NCBI GenBank assembly: GCA_965153455.1
Contig: OZ234493.1
Span: 21,318,213-21,382,212, forward strand
Source of the DNA: Sphagnum compactum
Lineage: Eukaryota
Direction of reading: 5' to 3'
Length of the DNA: 64,000 bases
Shown here: one piece after another, positions 51,364 to 64,000 of the stretch
How positions within the stretch are numbered: the stretch's first letter is position 1
Layout: each line of letters starts with the position of its first letter
Program-made: the position numbers and the translations under genes
The notes under the pieces: model-generated
Seen by the model: the letters and a program-made list of their open reading frames with translations, nothing else
What the model was told of the DNA's origin: nothing
The model's database searches: none

Positions 51364-52190
51364 TTGACCTTGATATTTTGGAAAAATTCGATGATTTTTG
51401 CCAAGGTAGTACCTGATCAGATTACTACCACAACTGCAAAGTTCATGGAGGATGAAATTATTTGTCAATTTTGTGTTCCAAAATGTATACTGACTAATAA
51501 TGGCAGAAACTGGGTTGGACAATTTGGTAATCTATGTAAAGTTTATGGGATCCAACATTAGTTCACATCACCTAAGTGGCCATGCTGCAATGGGATGACA
51601 GAACAGATGATCAAGACCATCAAACATGGTATCACTGTGCTATCTGGACTCCCAAAATATGCTGAAAGTTGGGATTTACAATTGCAACGAGTGTTGTTTG
51701 GTTACAAGTGTGGAATGCAGGCCAGTACCAAATTCTCACCTTTTATGATTCTTACTAGATGCACACCTAAACTTAAGGTGGACAATCATTTGAGCATGTT
51801 ACCACAAGAGTTTGATGCGAAAATTGGAGTGGAGCATATGGCTGAACAAATAATTTATAAGATGGAATTGATTTTAAAATGCACGAGGCCATACTTGGGA
51901 ATATTGAGAAGGCACAACAAAAGCAAAAGAAGACCTATGCGTTGCTGAAAAGGAGGCATGTGTTTCCAAGTTTTGTTATTGGGAAGGATATGGTGAAAAT
52001 GAAGAAACCAAGCAAAAAGAAAACCCTTGAGGCAAGCTGGGAAGGGCCGTATTTGTTTGTTGGATATGCCAATGGTAAGAATGAAATTGATGTTGATGGA
52101 CGATGCTTGTATCATTAAAGGACTAGATGAAATTCAATGGCAGTGACCACGAATAAATCTACAACTTTTCCATATTGTAGCATGATTTGA
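51364..52190 (+). mobile_element. Integrase 3' relic of an older Ty3/gypsy element related to the downstream one
   Basis: AKFMEDEIICQFCVPKCILTNNG, MTEQMIKTIKHG, ASTKFSPFMIL and KKPSKKKTLEASWEGPYLFV are paralogous to 59500-60273 but clearly diverged. Purine tract GAAGGAGGAAGG at about 52341. Confidence 0.88.
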
Positions 52191-52669
52191 CAGAAGCTAC
52201 ATGGGTGTAGTTAAATCAATTTGGGGGTGGTCACATACGTAACCTATAGGCATGTCCTATGGGGGCATGACATTTTTAAGGTTTGTTTTAATGCTTTCTG
52301 CATGGTGATGTGATCGCCAACTTTTTGGTAGTTTGTCCTTGAAGGAGGAAGGTGATGGTAGCCAATAGTGGCACTCCCATTATTCTAATCCTTCTATACA
52401 TGGTTTGTTATTAAGCATGTGTGTTGGCTGATAAGCTTTTTGTGGATTTTTTGTGTGAAGGTGTTGTGTGGAGGAAATGCAAGAAGAAGGATGGAGATAA
52501 GGAGTTGGAAAGAGAATTTAAGAGGAGCAACGTTCTTTGCAAGATAGGACGTAAAAAAAAAACTAAGTACCATTGTTTTGGAAAATCATGTTGTTCTTTT
52601 GGTTGGTTTGTTTTCTACAACAAAGTTTGTATTCAAAGGTTGTAAGTATAGCTTTCTATGAAGTCATAG

Positions 52670-53809
52670 TGTGATCGGACAAGGAGTGACTAGACAAGGA
52701 GTCTTTTAGGTTTCTATAGTGTGAACACTATATTCCTTTTCGGGTTTAGGTGTTGAACTGCTGTCAACTTTCTTCATGCAGGCGGTGGGGTTTATCTTTT
52801 CATTGTTTGTTAATGGCTGTGATCAGTTGGAAGGTTTGTTGCTTGTGTGTTATGTGAGACAGGGTGGCAGCTGAAGATGGATGGCCAAATGTGATTCATG
52901 GGTGCAAGGAAGACGGGAAGAGCAGGAGGTTGGATGAGGATAAGAGACGGGATTCAAAGGAGAAAGAGGCAAGGTTGCTAAGTAGAAGGAGTGTAGTTCT
53001 TGGTGGTAAGAGTGAACTTGCAGGATAGGTAGTTGCAGTGTTTTTTTTCCGCTGTGCCAGTGACTATATGATGGCCGGCTTTGTGTCTGGTTAGAATTTG
53101 GACTGATCAAAGGTTGATGCTGAAGGCTGATGACGCCTAAAGGTGGTATGAGCTATAGCATTAGAAGCATATAGAAAACCGCATCTGTAGGGGTTTGGGG
53201 AAGACCTTAATTGGGAATCTAGTGGGTAGATCATAACACCTGAGTGGGAGCCAAAAACCTTTTTTGGGTATCCTTGGGACTAGGCAGAATGTGTGAGAGA
53301 GAGAAATCGGATGGAAGAAATTATAATAAGCATTCATAGATCCATATTTCTCATAGAATTTTGTCCCCTTCTTTAATAGTTGCAAACCAATTTGGCGTAC
53401 CTAGTTCAGTTGTTGAGTAGTACCCAGAAGTTTATTTGTGTCAAAAACTAACATGAGCATTTCTGTGCATTGATTTATGTAGAGGGGGGAAGAAGGGAAT
53501 TAGGAGCTCATCACAGACTGAATGAACATTGAGAGCTCTAACTTCAAGCCAAACCCTACTAAGATCTTGCGCTCACAATTCAAGAATGTGTTGTCCCCAG
53601 CAGCAACTAATGATTACTACTATAGCAGATTCAGGATAGATTGATGGGTGTGCAGCTTCTTAAGAAGCGTCCAATAATGGAGGATCAGAAGTTATGGGAG
53701 CCCAGAATAGGACTGCTGTAATACTGCCTGTTTGACAGGAGATGAGTTACTGACTTTATAACAAGAGTAGGGTTATGTGAGAAGCAGATGTTTATGCACC
53801 CTCTCTTTT
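52670..53809 (+). repeat. 5' LTR
   Basis: Starts TGTGATC and is colinear with 60321-61450 (roughly 90-93% identical in a segment compared by eye, mostly transitions). Carries a 15-bp duplication GTGAYYRGACAAGGA at its start and lacks the terminal AGGTTACA. Confidence 0.9.
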
Positions 53810-53821
53810 TGGTATCAGAGC
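53810..53821 (+). promoter_or_regulatory. Primer-binding site (initiator tRNA-Met)
   Basis: TGGTATCAGAGC, the canonical plant tRNAi-Met PBS, directly after the 5' LTR. Confidence 0.92.
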
Positions 53822-54951
53822 AAGTTCAAATCTGGTGACATCAATAGAACTTATGTATGTTTGGGTATGACGGTAGTTGAAGTGTCATGTTGTCGTCTAG
53901 TGCAAATGAGGTTGGTATAGATGAGGTAACGCGGGACGTTCATGAGCAACGAATAGTCATTAGGTTCGATTATCCAAGGGGGCAGGATGGACCACAGATA
54001 GGAACGATAATTATGCGTTTCTTGGGCTTTAGCGTAATAACAGTTGTAGGAATAGACCCTGATGAAGCCCGAGTTGGGGATGTGGCAGTAGAATTAGCTC
54101 ACAATGGCTTTTATACACGCGCTCAAGTTTGGTTGAAATTAAGGGATGGAGCAAGGGGATGGGGGTCGATCTTAGAACTACAAAGGCAATATCACTACAT
54201 CTCATATCTTGTGTAGTGTTTCACCTTCATTTCCTGAAAAGCAGCATAATGTACCTAGAATAGGAGACATTTGGATTCCCAAGCTTGTTGTTTCGCCTAA
54301 CCATTTTACCAGATTGTACATCCTTGGTGTGGAAGACTTGTTTCAAATTGGCGATCATCTTCTCAGGGTGGAACACTGTGGATCAAGATCCCGCATCATA
54401 AGTTGGAGGATATGGCGCAATCCAGAAGAAGGGTGGTAGTTCCAATAAGAATCCACAAATGAGCAAACTTTTTCCACTTTCCCGTTTGATGTTGTACCTT
54501 TAAGACCAGTAGCAAAAGGAGATCAGTTTGAATTTCAAATTGAATTACGGCTGGCTACTTCTTGAAAGAAAGTTTGTTGCACCTGGTATTTCGAGTATGA
54601 AAGAGTCACAATGAGGATCAACAATCAATGGAAATCCTTAGGGTTTACACATCCAAAAATGAATTATTTTGATGTTTCTGGAGCATAAGTAAGGTGGTTA
54701 CTAGTGTTGTTAGGACCTTTTCCAGCACAGTGGTGTGTTTGGAGGATAGGACAAGATCTATTAGAAAGGAGTTGTGCCTCATGCATTCAGTGACTAACAT
54801 CTCTGTTCCAATAGCATTGGTTCTTTTCAAACTCAACAGGAGCAGAATAGGATGAGAAATTGGACAGGACTGTGGTTACCTGAAGGTGGTTTGAGGACAT
54901 TTGTGCAACAGAAAATGTTGCAACTCTAGGTTGAAGCTGAACATTTGCAAA

Positions 54952-57900
54952 ATGACTTAGCCCCTAGGGGATGGATGAACTTTCTGGGGGCGGGACCATG
55001 AAGATGTCAATGACTGGGCAGAGAGGCTTACCATGGCTGCTGAAGTGCGAGATCTAAATGCAGACAAACTATTCAAGATTGCGAAGCTGAATTTGAGAGG
55101 AAGGGCCAGGAATGGTTCAGGAGGTTGCAGCCAGCGCTAGTTGATTGGCCTGAGTTAAGGACTTTGATAGTACAAAAGTATGGGGACATAGATGCTGATG
55201 ACATCAGGATGAAGCTTGATGCCATTAAACAAGAACCCAAGGAGAGAGTTTATAAATACTTTGAACATCTTGACAAACTATTTCAAAGGGGTAGGATATA
55301 AGAGACTGAACATAAAAGAAGATGTGGTAAGGACTTTTCCAGATATTGAAGAGTTAGTTGGTGCTGCAACACTTGAAAAAGTGTTGGGCGAGCTTGGAGA
55401 GATTCCCTATGAATCTCTGAAAAACGAACAAAAAGAAGGGGCCTCAGAGACCATGATGGAGAAACAGGTCACTGCATTAAACAACACATTTATCAACTTT
55501 TTCAAGGGGATTATACATAATCCAAAGGCATCATCTCTTCCACTGTGTTTGGAGGATGCCAAATCTGCAAAGGAGGAGACCATTTGGCCACCACCTGTTT
55601 GAGGTTGAATGAACCACGGCCAAAATGTGCCAAGTGCGGTATGCCTCATAGGACAGAGAATTGTGGAATAAAATGTACCTTCTGCGCATGTTTAGGCCTT
55701 TCAGAGGACAAATGTTGGAAGAAACCCAAGGATGGGAAGTCTCACTTTGGAACTGCAAACTTCTTGGAGGTGTTGCTGAACGATGAAGAGGCAACCATGT
55801 AACAACTTAACAAGCTTTGCGGGAATGAGAATCTTTTCTCTTACACCCGAGTGCCTAGAAGGAGGGTTCCTGTTAATGTAGCATCAGGAGGGGTTGTACC
55901 AACCCCTAAAGCTGCAAGAGATGGAGAAGGTCTAAACCGAGACACTTCAGTCAAGTCCAAGATTCTTGCACACTTCATAAAAGGAAATATCTCCCTCTCA
56001 CCTATGGAAACAATTCTTATGATTCTAAGGGAATTGGAACACCTTGAAAGTCTGGTAAGGTTGGTTAGACGAAAGAAGGATTTAGAGGCAACTAAAAATT
56101 AGGTGTCCATGGTTTCTACAGTTCCAACACTAAGGAATATTTGCATCAACAAGACACATCGAAGCAAGACTTTGCATTTGCTTGTGGAAATCAACAACTA
56201 TGTTGTTGAAGGACTGGTGGATATTGGAGCCTCCATGTCTGTTATGGTTGCCGCTGTAGTTAGAGAATTGGGCATAATGCATCTGGTTACTGGACCTGAA
56301 ACTTATAAAACAACGTCAGGAGTTGTCACGCAGGCCCTCGATAGAATTGACGAAATACCTGTGAAGGTTGGAGGAGTGTAGTGCACTATGACCTTCATGG
56401 TAGTTGATACGGACAGTTATGACGTAGTATTTGGCTTGGATTTTCTTATAAAGATTGGTGCAATTGTGGATGTGGAACGAGGCCTAATCCAAGTGAGGCA
56501 TGGTCCAGGGGCCAGTGTGGAAGTATTGCCATTAACTATGGTAAATTTGTTACAGAGGATGAACTCAGAAACTCTGATGCAGGAAGCTACTATTGTTTTA
56601 AAGAACACACATATCAGTGATGATTTTGACATAACTGATTGGATACTGGATTAGGGTTGTCCTATCAGAACCAAAGGTGAAGATGCATCTGCATCAAATT
56701 CGGATATTGGTACTGATAGTAGTGAACATTATGATGGGGAGCCTCGTCAATTTGAACAAATTGATGATGAAAATGAGTTCAGGGATACTGAGCTTGAGGG
56801 TCTGGTGAAGTTAGAAGGACCGCAACAGATTTTGCAATTGATACTACATGAGCAGGTTGACGAGTTCATGGAAGAGGAAATAACAAATGCAGATGACTAC
56901 GCTGACTGGTTGAGATGGGTGTCTGATGCAGAGCAGAGTAGACAGGCCATGTATGAATCCACAACTATGCATAAATCCTAGTACTACTACAAGTTGACCA
57001 AACAGAAGGTGGCAACCTTGACCATAGCTCCACTGAGCAGTTAGCATCATTTATTCATGATGAGATGGTGGGAGATTTGTCAACGAATTAGGATTGACAC
57101 TGGCTTGGATAAAGAGAATCAACAACAGCTTTGGAAGGTTTTAGAATGTTACCAAGATGTTTTTGCTTGGAACAAGGGTGAACTGGGTTGTTGCACTATC
57201 AGAGAGCATTCTGTGGATACGCAAGGGTTCCCACCTTGCAAAGTATCCCCTGGTCGATTATCTTACTGGGAGGAGGCGGAAGTGAAAAGACAAATAGATG
57301 TCCTAGTGGATTTGGGCAAGATGAAGCCCAACAACTCTGAGTATGCATGTCACGTCACTTTACTAGTGAAGAAAGATGGGAGTAGGCGTTTCTGTGGAGA
57401 CTATCGACCACTCAACACACAGACTCGTCGGGATTCATTTCCAATGCCACTTGTGATGATGTGATTAACCAACTGGGCAAATCATCCTGGTTTACTACAT
57501 TAGACTTGTAGTCTGGTTTTTGGCAGATTCGAATGGCTCCAGAAGATATGAAGAAGACAACACTGATCAATAAAATTGGATTATATGACTGAACAGTCAT
57601 GCCATTCGGTTTTAAGAATGCAACCAACACTTTTACCAAAACTATGTCAGAGGTTTTTAAGGACTTGGGAAGCAAATTCCTGAAGGTATTCGTTGATGAT
57701 CTCAATGTGCACAACAAAAAGTTGGGAAGAACATCTTCAACATTTGGATGTAGTATTTTACAAGCTCAGGGAAGTAAACCTAAAATTGAACCCAAACAAA
57801 GGTTCTATATGATTGCAAGGTTAAGAGCTCAAAGGCCACTCCGTATTTGGTTATCCAGGTTTATTGAGTAGTACATTTCTGGGCCATGTGGTTAGTAAGG

Positions 57901-60273
57901 AAGGCACCAGACCAGATCCTTGCAAAATTGAGGCAGTTTTGCATTTTCCAGAATCGAAGACGGTCACAAACGTCAGGTCGTTCTTGGGTTTAACAAGGTA
58001 TTTTCGAAATTATGTCCGAGGCTATTCATGATTGGCAGCTCCACTATTTGAGTTGACCAAAAGAGATGTTGACTTTATATGGGATGTGGGTTGTCAATAA
58101 GCATTCCAGGTGTTAAAGGCAGCACTAGTTGATGCACTTATACTCATACGGCCTGATTTCAAGAGACCATTTTGTTTGGATGTTGACTAGTCACCCAAAG
58201 GTGTTGGAGCTATATTGTCACAGAAGGAGGGCAAATTTGAGAAGGTGGTGGCCTATGCCAGTAAGAGTTTGATAGAAGCACATAGAAAATTCCACCCCTA
58301 TGGAAGGAAAATGTTACGCACTAATATGGGGCATCATGCATTTCAGGTAGTACTTACATAGGAATCATTTCATTTTGCGGACATATCACAAACCACTTGA
58401 ATGGTTAGTAACCATGTCAGATGCACATGGCAGGAGAGGTAGGTGGATTAACATGTTGCAGGATTTTAGTTTCAAGATAGTATACCGACCATGGCTTAGA
58501 CATACGAATGTTGATGCTTTGAGTAGGAATCCAGTTGGACCAGCCACGAATGATGATGACTTCAGTGAAGAAATCCAGGATATTGGAAATATACAAACTG
58601 ACACATCTAAAGAAGAAAGGGATATTTTCTCTGTTCAAACTGGCAAAGAAACAGAAGGGCTTGGGTTAGGAGAAAGGAAAAGGGGCTTTTACAACATCAT
58701 GAATGTTGTTTTGGCATCAACCACTGGCGTTATGCCAGAAGCTATCAGCTCTATAAGGTTGATGTTGTGTTAGAGGAAGACCAGCCCAAGGAGCTTGTTC
58801 CACATGAAGCAGAAGATACAAAACAGGGTGAAATTCTGCAAGATAATGATGTAAGACTGGCGCTGAAGAGAAAAAAACCTCATTATTATGACAAACAGCA
58901 GCTATTGGAGCTAGTATTGGCAGCCCAAGAATTGTTTGAATCTGGTGAACATGATTTGATTTCTACAGACTCTAATGAAAAGGAGATGTGTTGGACAGAC
59001 ACAAGAAACAATGATATATGGAAGGATGCAACTTGCATGAAATTATTGCAAGAAGGAACAATACCAGACACTGTTGATCCTGAGGAATGTAAAAGAGCAA
59101 GGAAGAGGATATTGAACTATCAATGGCTGGATCAATCACTTTACTTCAAGGGGTTGTTTGTGCCAAGGCCAGAAGACCGCATGGGACTAGTAATCCAAAT
59201 GCATAAAGACCTAGGGCATTTCGAAGAAGAAAGGACATTGGCTGAAATCTATAGAAGGTACTTCTAGCATAATAGGACAGAGGATGTGAGGATTGTTGTA
59301 AAAATATGCCAACAATGCCAGATGGTGAGAAAGATGGGGAGTATAGGCTCTGAAGATGAAGAGTTGAAGAGTATACTTGTTTGTGATCTGTTTTATAAAA
59401 TTGTTATGGACACTGCAAGACCATTGTCTGAAACCAAGTCAGGAAACAAGTATATTTTGGTGGCCGTTGACCATTACTCTAAATGGTGTGAAGTAAAAGC
59501 GGTTGCTGATCATGGTGCTAAGATTGCAGCCAGGTTCCTGGAAGATGACATAATTTGCAGATATGGGGTTCCCAAGTTTGTATTGACTAATAATGGAGGA
59601 GAATGGACAGTAGAGTTTGATGTCATGTGCAAGGACTATGGGATTGACCATCAACATACAGCCCCTCAATGGCCATAGTGTAATGGGATGGTTGAGTGTC
59701 TGATCATGGCATAATGGTACTATCTACAACGCCCGAAAATGCCAATTGTTGGGATTAGCAACTGGCGAAGGTTATGTTTGGATACAGATGTGAAATTCAG
59801 GCCAGCACTAAGTTTTCCCTTTTATGATATTGATTGGGTGCACACCACGCCTTAGGGCTGATAACTACTTACATTCCTTGACTGTCGTGGTTGATGACAC
59901 TGCTGATGCAGAAACTATTGCAAAACAATTTATGTAGAAGATGAAGTTGATCACAAGCATCCATGAGAATGTTTTGCTCAATGTAGAACAGGCACAACAA
60001 AAGCGAAAGAAGACCTATGCTACCAGAAGAAGAATTTTTTTTTTGGAAGGGTTGGTTGCTGGATAGATAATGGTTAAGATGAAAAAGCCAGGAAAGAAGA
60101 AGGCTTTGACTTCTAGCTGGGAAGGTCCATACCTGTTTGTAGCGCATGTAGATGGAATTGGAAATCTTGATTTTGAAAAAGGTAACAACATATGCATCGT
60201 TCAAGATGATGATGGGAATCAGTGGGAAAGATCCCGCAAGGATCTACAAATTTATCACGTTCTACAAGATTGA
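54952..60273 (+). pseudogene. Disrupted gag-pol polyprotein
   Basis: Gag FWGRDHEDVNDWAER..LRGRA.EWF and zinc knuckles at 55555-55720. Protease GLVDIGAS..VVFGLDFL. RT RFCGDYRPLN, MPFGFKNA, FVDD. RNase H VAYASKSL, HKPLEWL, VDALSR. Integrase H..LGH..CQQCQ, VAVDHYSKW, WEGPY. Many premature stops and frameshifts. Confidence 0.95.
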
Positions 60274-60297
60274 AGAAGCTGAGGGATTCAACTTTTT

Positions 60298-60311
60298 AAG
60301 GAAAGGAGGGG
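60298..60311 (+). promoter_or_regulatory. Polypurine tract
   Basis: AAGGAAAGGAGGGG, 9 nt upstream of the 3' LTR start. Confidence 0.75.
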
Positions 60312-60320
60312 TTACATATA

Positions 60321-61450
60321 TGTGACCAGACAAGGAATCTTTTAGGTTTTTATATAGTGAGCACTATATTCGTTTTAGGGTTTAGGTGTTGAACCGCCGT
60401 CAACTTTCTTCATGCAAGCGATGGGGTTTATCTTTTCATTGTTTGTTACTGGCTGTGAGTTGGAAAGTTTGTTGCTTGTGTGTTATGTGAGATAGGGTGG
60501 TCGCTGAAGATGGATGGCCAAGTGTGATTCATGGGTGCAAGGAAGACGGGAAGAATAGGAGGTTGGACGAGGATCAGAGACGGGATTCGAAGGAGAAAGA
60601 GGCGAGGTTGCTAGGTAGAAGGAGTGCAGTTTTTGGTGGTAAGAGTGAGTTTGCAGGATAGATAGTTGCTGTGTTTTTTTTCCGCTGCGCCAGTGACTAT
60701 ATGATGGTTGGCTTTGTGTTTTGGTTAGAATTAGGACTGATCAAGGGTTGATGTTGAAGGCTGATGATGCCTAAAGGTGGTCTGAGCTGTAGAATTAGAA
60801 ACATATCTAAAACCGCATCTGTAGGGGTTTGGGGAAGACCTTACTGGGAAATCCAGTGGGTAGATCATAACACCTGAGTGGGAGCCAGAAACCTTTTTTG
60901 GGTATCCTTGGGACTGGGCAGAATGTGAGAGAGAGAAATCAAATGGAAGAAATTACAGCAAACATTCATAGATCCATATTTCTCATAGAATTTTGTCCCC
61001 TTCTTTAGTAGTTGCAAACCAACTTGGCGTACCTGGTTCAGTTGTTGAGTAGTACCCAGAAGTTGATCTGTGTCAAGTACTAGCACGAGCATTTCTGTGC
61101 ATTGATCTATGTAGAGGGGGAAGAGGGGAATTAGCAGCTCATCACAAACCGAATGAACATTGAGAGCTCTAACTTCAAGCCAGACCCTACTAACATCTTG
61201 CGCTCACAATACAAGAATGTCGCTGTCCCCAGCAATAACTAATGACTACTACTGTAGCAGATTCAGGATACGTTGATGGGTGTGCATCTTCTTAAGAACC
61301 GTCTAATAATGGAGGATCAAAAGCTATGGGACCCCATAATAGGACTGCTGTAATATTGCCTATTTGACAGGAGATGAGTTACTGACCTTATAACAAGAGT
61401 AGGGTTATGTGAGAAGCAGATGTTTGTGCACCCTCTCTTTTTAGGTTACA
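60321..61450 (+). repeat. 3' LTR
   Basis: TGTGACC...GGTTACA (inverted termini match 6/7), followed by TSD ATAG. Confidence 0.92.
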
Positions 61451-64000
61451 ATAGAACAGAGCAATGTCAGTAATGTTTTGTATTTTCCTTGACTTGAAAC
61501 TAGAGATTTGGAAAAGATCATTTTGTCTACGTTCATGAGTCTAACAAGTTGCATGCATAAAGGTTTGGGTAGAATTTTTCTCTGATGTGGGATTATGGAG
61601 TAAGGGTGCGTTGGTTTGGGAATTCATCATTGAGGAGACAAGGGTGGACATTATGAATTTCTACTTTTGTAAGCATGGAATAATATTTGTCCATAGACTA
61701 AAGAGGTGAACAGAGAAAATTCTAATCCATTTTCTCGGGTCTAGGGCTGTTAAGCATTACAGTGAACAGTGTGTGTTGATTGGCAGTAGTGTGTGTGTTG
61801 ATTTCTAAAGTTTGGTGTTGATCACTGGAAGTATGTTTCCAGGATGCTATGAATAAAATTTCTCAATTGTTTGGACGAGCTGTGTATGGGAGTGGTATTG
61901 CAGATAGTGGAGTAGGCAGATCTTCTGTGCCCCCTTAGTGGTCACACATGCTTTTTGTCTGACACGATTCCATCTGTTGTGGGTACTCAATACTGGCGGA
62001 TTTTCACTGAATCAAAAAAGCAAATCATCTCTTTAGGTCCAATGAAAGAGTGGGAGGAGGATCACTAACACACCAATGGACATTGAGGCCTCCTGTTAGC
62101 TCCCAAGGGGGGGGGGGAGACAGAGAGTTGAAAAGGTCCACCAATTCACCTTCGCACATTTCTACACGAGTTGCTTCCTTGGAAAGAGGGGCATGGGGTG
62201 GTGACCAATGACCACCCATCCTAGCCTCTAGTACTACCCCCCCAAATTTCTACGCCTACTAAAAAAAAAGGGGGCAAAGGGAAAAAGTACAAAGTACCAA
62301 AGCACCTAGAAAGGTCAATGTGTAAATGAGAAATATCATATGAACCTTGGTCTTTTGTAAGATCCTGAACACAACTTGCAAGGTATACTTTTCGAATAAA
62401 TGAACAAGTCTTTTCTGTTTTTTCTCAAGGTAGACGGTACAGCGCCTTGTACCACTTGCAATCTGCAGGTTGCAGTCAAGACAACACAGAAATGAAAGTC
62501 GCGATTTTGTGAAGACCAACAAAGTTGGCAAACGTTTGTTTAATTCCTAAACTCATTATAAGCCAAAAATGACTCCTTTTCAGAATTTTAAATTTGGGCC
62601 ATGTGGAGGATGGTCATAAGCTACAAATGGCACATTGTCCCACACAGTCAATGTCAATTTAGCTGGGGACTTTGATGAAAATAATGCATGCAGTGACCTG
62701 GAGGGAGGGAGTGTGGGCGGGTGGGCGGGGGTGCAGTGTCTGGCCAAGGCTGCCCAGAGCACCATGGTGCCAGGCTTGTGAAGGACAGTTGAAGGGGATT
62801 GTAGTTATATTAGGGGGGAGGGCAGGTGAGCATTACTTATTATATCTTATCCACCAAAAATCTGGTGATTTTTGTATCTGATGCAGCCTTGAGGACATTC
62901 AAAATATTTTCACAATGTGATCACTTGTATTGTGAGTCCGGCAGTAAAAGGTGCCAAATGTATAATAAGGTTTGAATGTGTTAGAATATCAGAGTGCTAG
63001 AAAAGCTCTAAGTATTAGAGATTCTCTTCCTTTCAAGAGATTCTCACACATACAAATAGTCATGTACTAGGGAATGGGCCATCATCCTTTGCGGTTTCAG
63101 GGTCCTAGCAAGTGTCAGGGGCAAGCCCAGGCCGTGCTAGGGCTCAGAACTCACAGGGGATGGCATGTTCCATGCAGTTTAAAAGTTAGGGAACCTCAAT
63201 AGTCGCACAGAATCTACCTTGGTGTTCAAATCAAACGACACAAGCAGATTCTGCATAACTAGCAAATTAATAAAGCACACACATGGAAGAGCCCAAGCCC
63301 TTTCGGGTTTGATGTTGTACCTTATTATCCTCTGCAAGCCTAATGTTTTTCATCATATCTTCTGCCTTGCCACCCCCCACTATGGGAAATTATAAACAAT
63401 ATCCAGATCTTCCATATCACTTTGTTTCTAAGATGCCTTCTGGTGTTCCCTTCATCAGACGCTGCAGAGTGCTATATGGGTCCCATATGGGTTGTGCTAG
63501 GAACATGGACTGGTCACTGGGACTGCAAGTGTTGTTTGACTTGTTTACTATGACACTTTGGGGAGATTGAAAAAGTGCTCCCAGGTGTCATATTTTTAAT
63601 GTTTTTAATAATTGTCACAAGTTACAAGTGCAATATTAACTGGGCATGAAATGAGAAACTGAGGTCCAAACTGGTGCCCAAACTGGTGTCCAACAAGATA
63701 TACTTTATATATATGTTCGTATGAAGATTTGAAAAATCAGCAAATTAAATTTATCTCACAGTTCCAGACTAAAATACATAAAGCACAAATAGCAATTATA
63801 TAAAAGTAATTTGGTAGAGTGTTGATATCCAACATGGCCATTCAATGATTGGCTCAACAAATTATCAAGCTATGCCCTTAATCACACTCATCACCCATTG
63901 GAAATGCTCATGCTTTTTAGCAAAAAAAATCCTTTGGTCAAAATATTTACAATCATGTTTTCTATGTTGTAATACACCAACACAATAAATCCTGTCTTAA

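Larger units (their letters stand above)
52670..61450 (+). mobile_element. Full-length decayed Ty3/gypsy LTR retrotransposon (non-chromodomain), about 8.8 kb
   Basis: Two ~1.13-kb LTRs, PBS, gag-PR-RT-RH-INT order, PPT, and TSD ATAG at 52666-52669 and 61451-61454. Confidence 0.95.

Noticed and set aside
63343-63570. 75-aa ORF or possible exon near the window end
   Set aside because: No recognisable homology or convincing splice pattern, so it cannot be supported from this window.

Overview
AT-rich, repeat-dense eukaryotic nuclear DNA from a non-seed land plant. A moss, probably Sphagnum, is my inference from gene and repeat style, not a verified assignment. Two intact genes are visible, both on +: a single-exon-CDS F-box/kelch-type gene (21787-23046) and a four-coding-exon NF-X1-type zinc-finger gene of the NFXL1 group (37682-42589, about 1293 aa after splicing). 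The rest is mostly transposon debris. It includes a full-length but decayed non-chromodomain Ty3/gypsy element (52670-61450, 4-bp TSD) nested in an older relative, a PHD-finger-tipped Ty3/gypsy integrase relic, hAT/ZNF862-like and pogo (DDE_1) transposase relics, solo LTRs, several MITEs with clear TIRs and TSDs, and tRNA-like SINE heads. The most notable hidden structure is around the F-box gene. Its apparent intron and 3' flank are a tightly packed head-to-tail array of about four heavily decayed F-box/kelch coding copies that the ORF track does not show. All alignments were made by eye, so boundaries of decayed elements are approximate.
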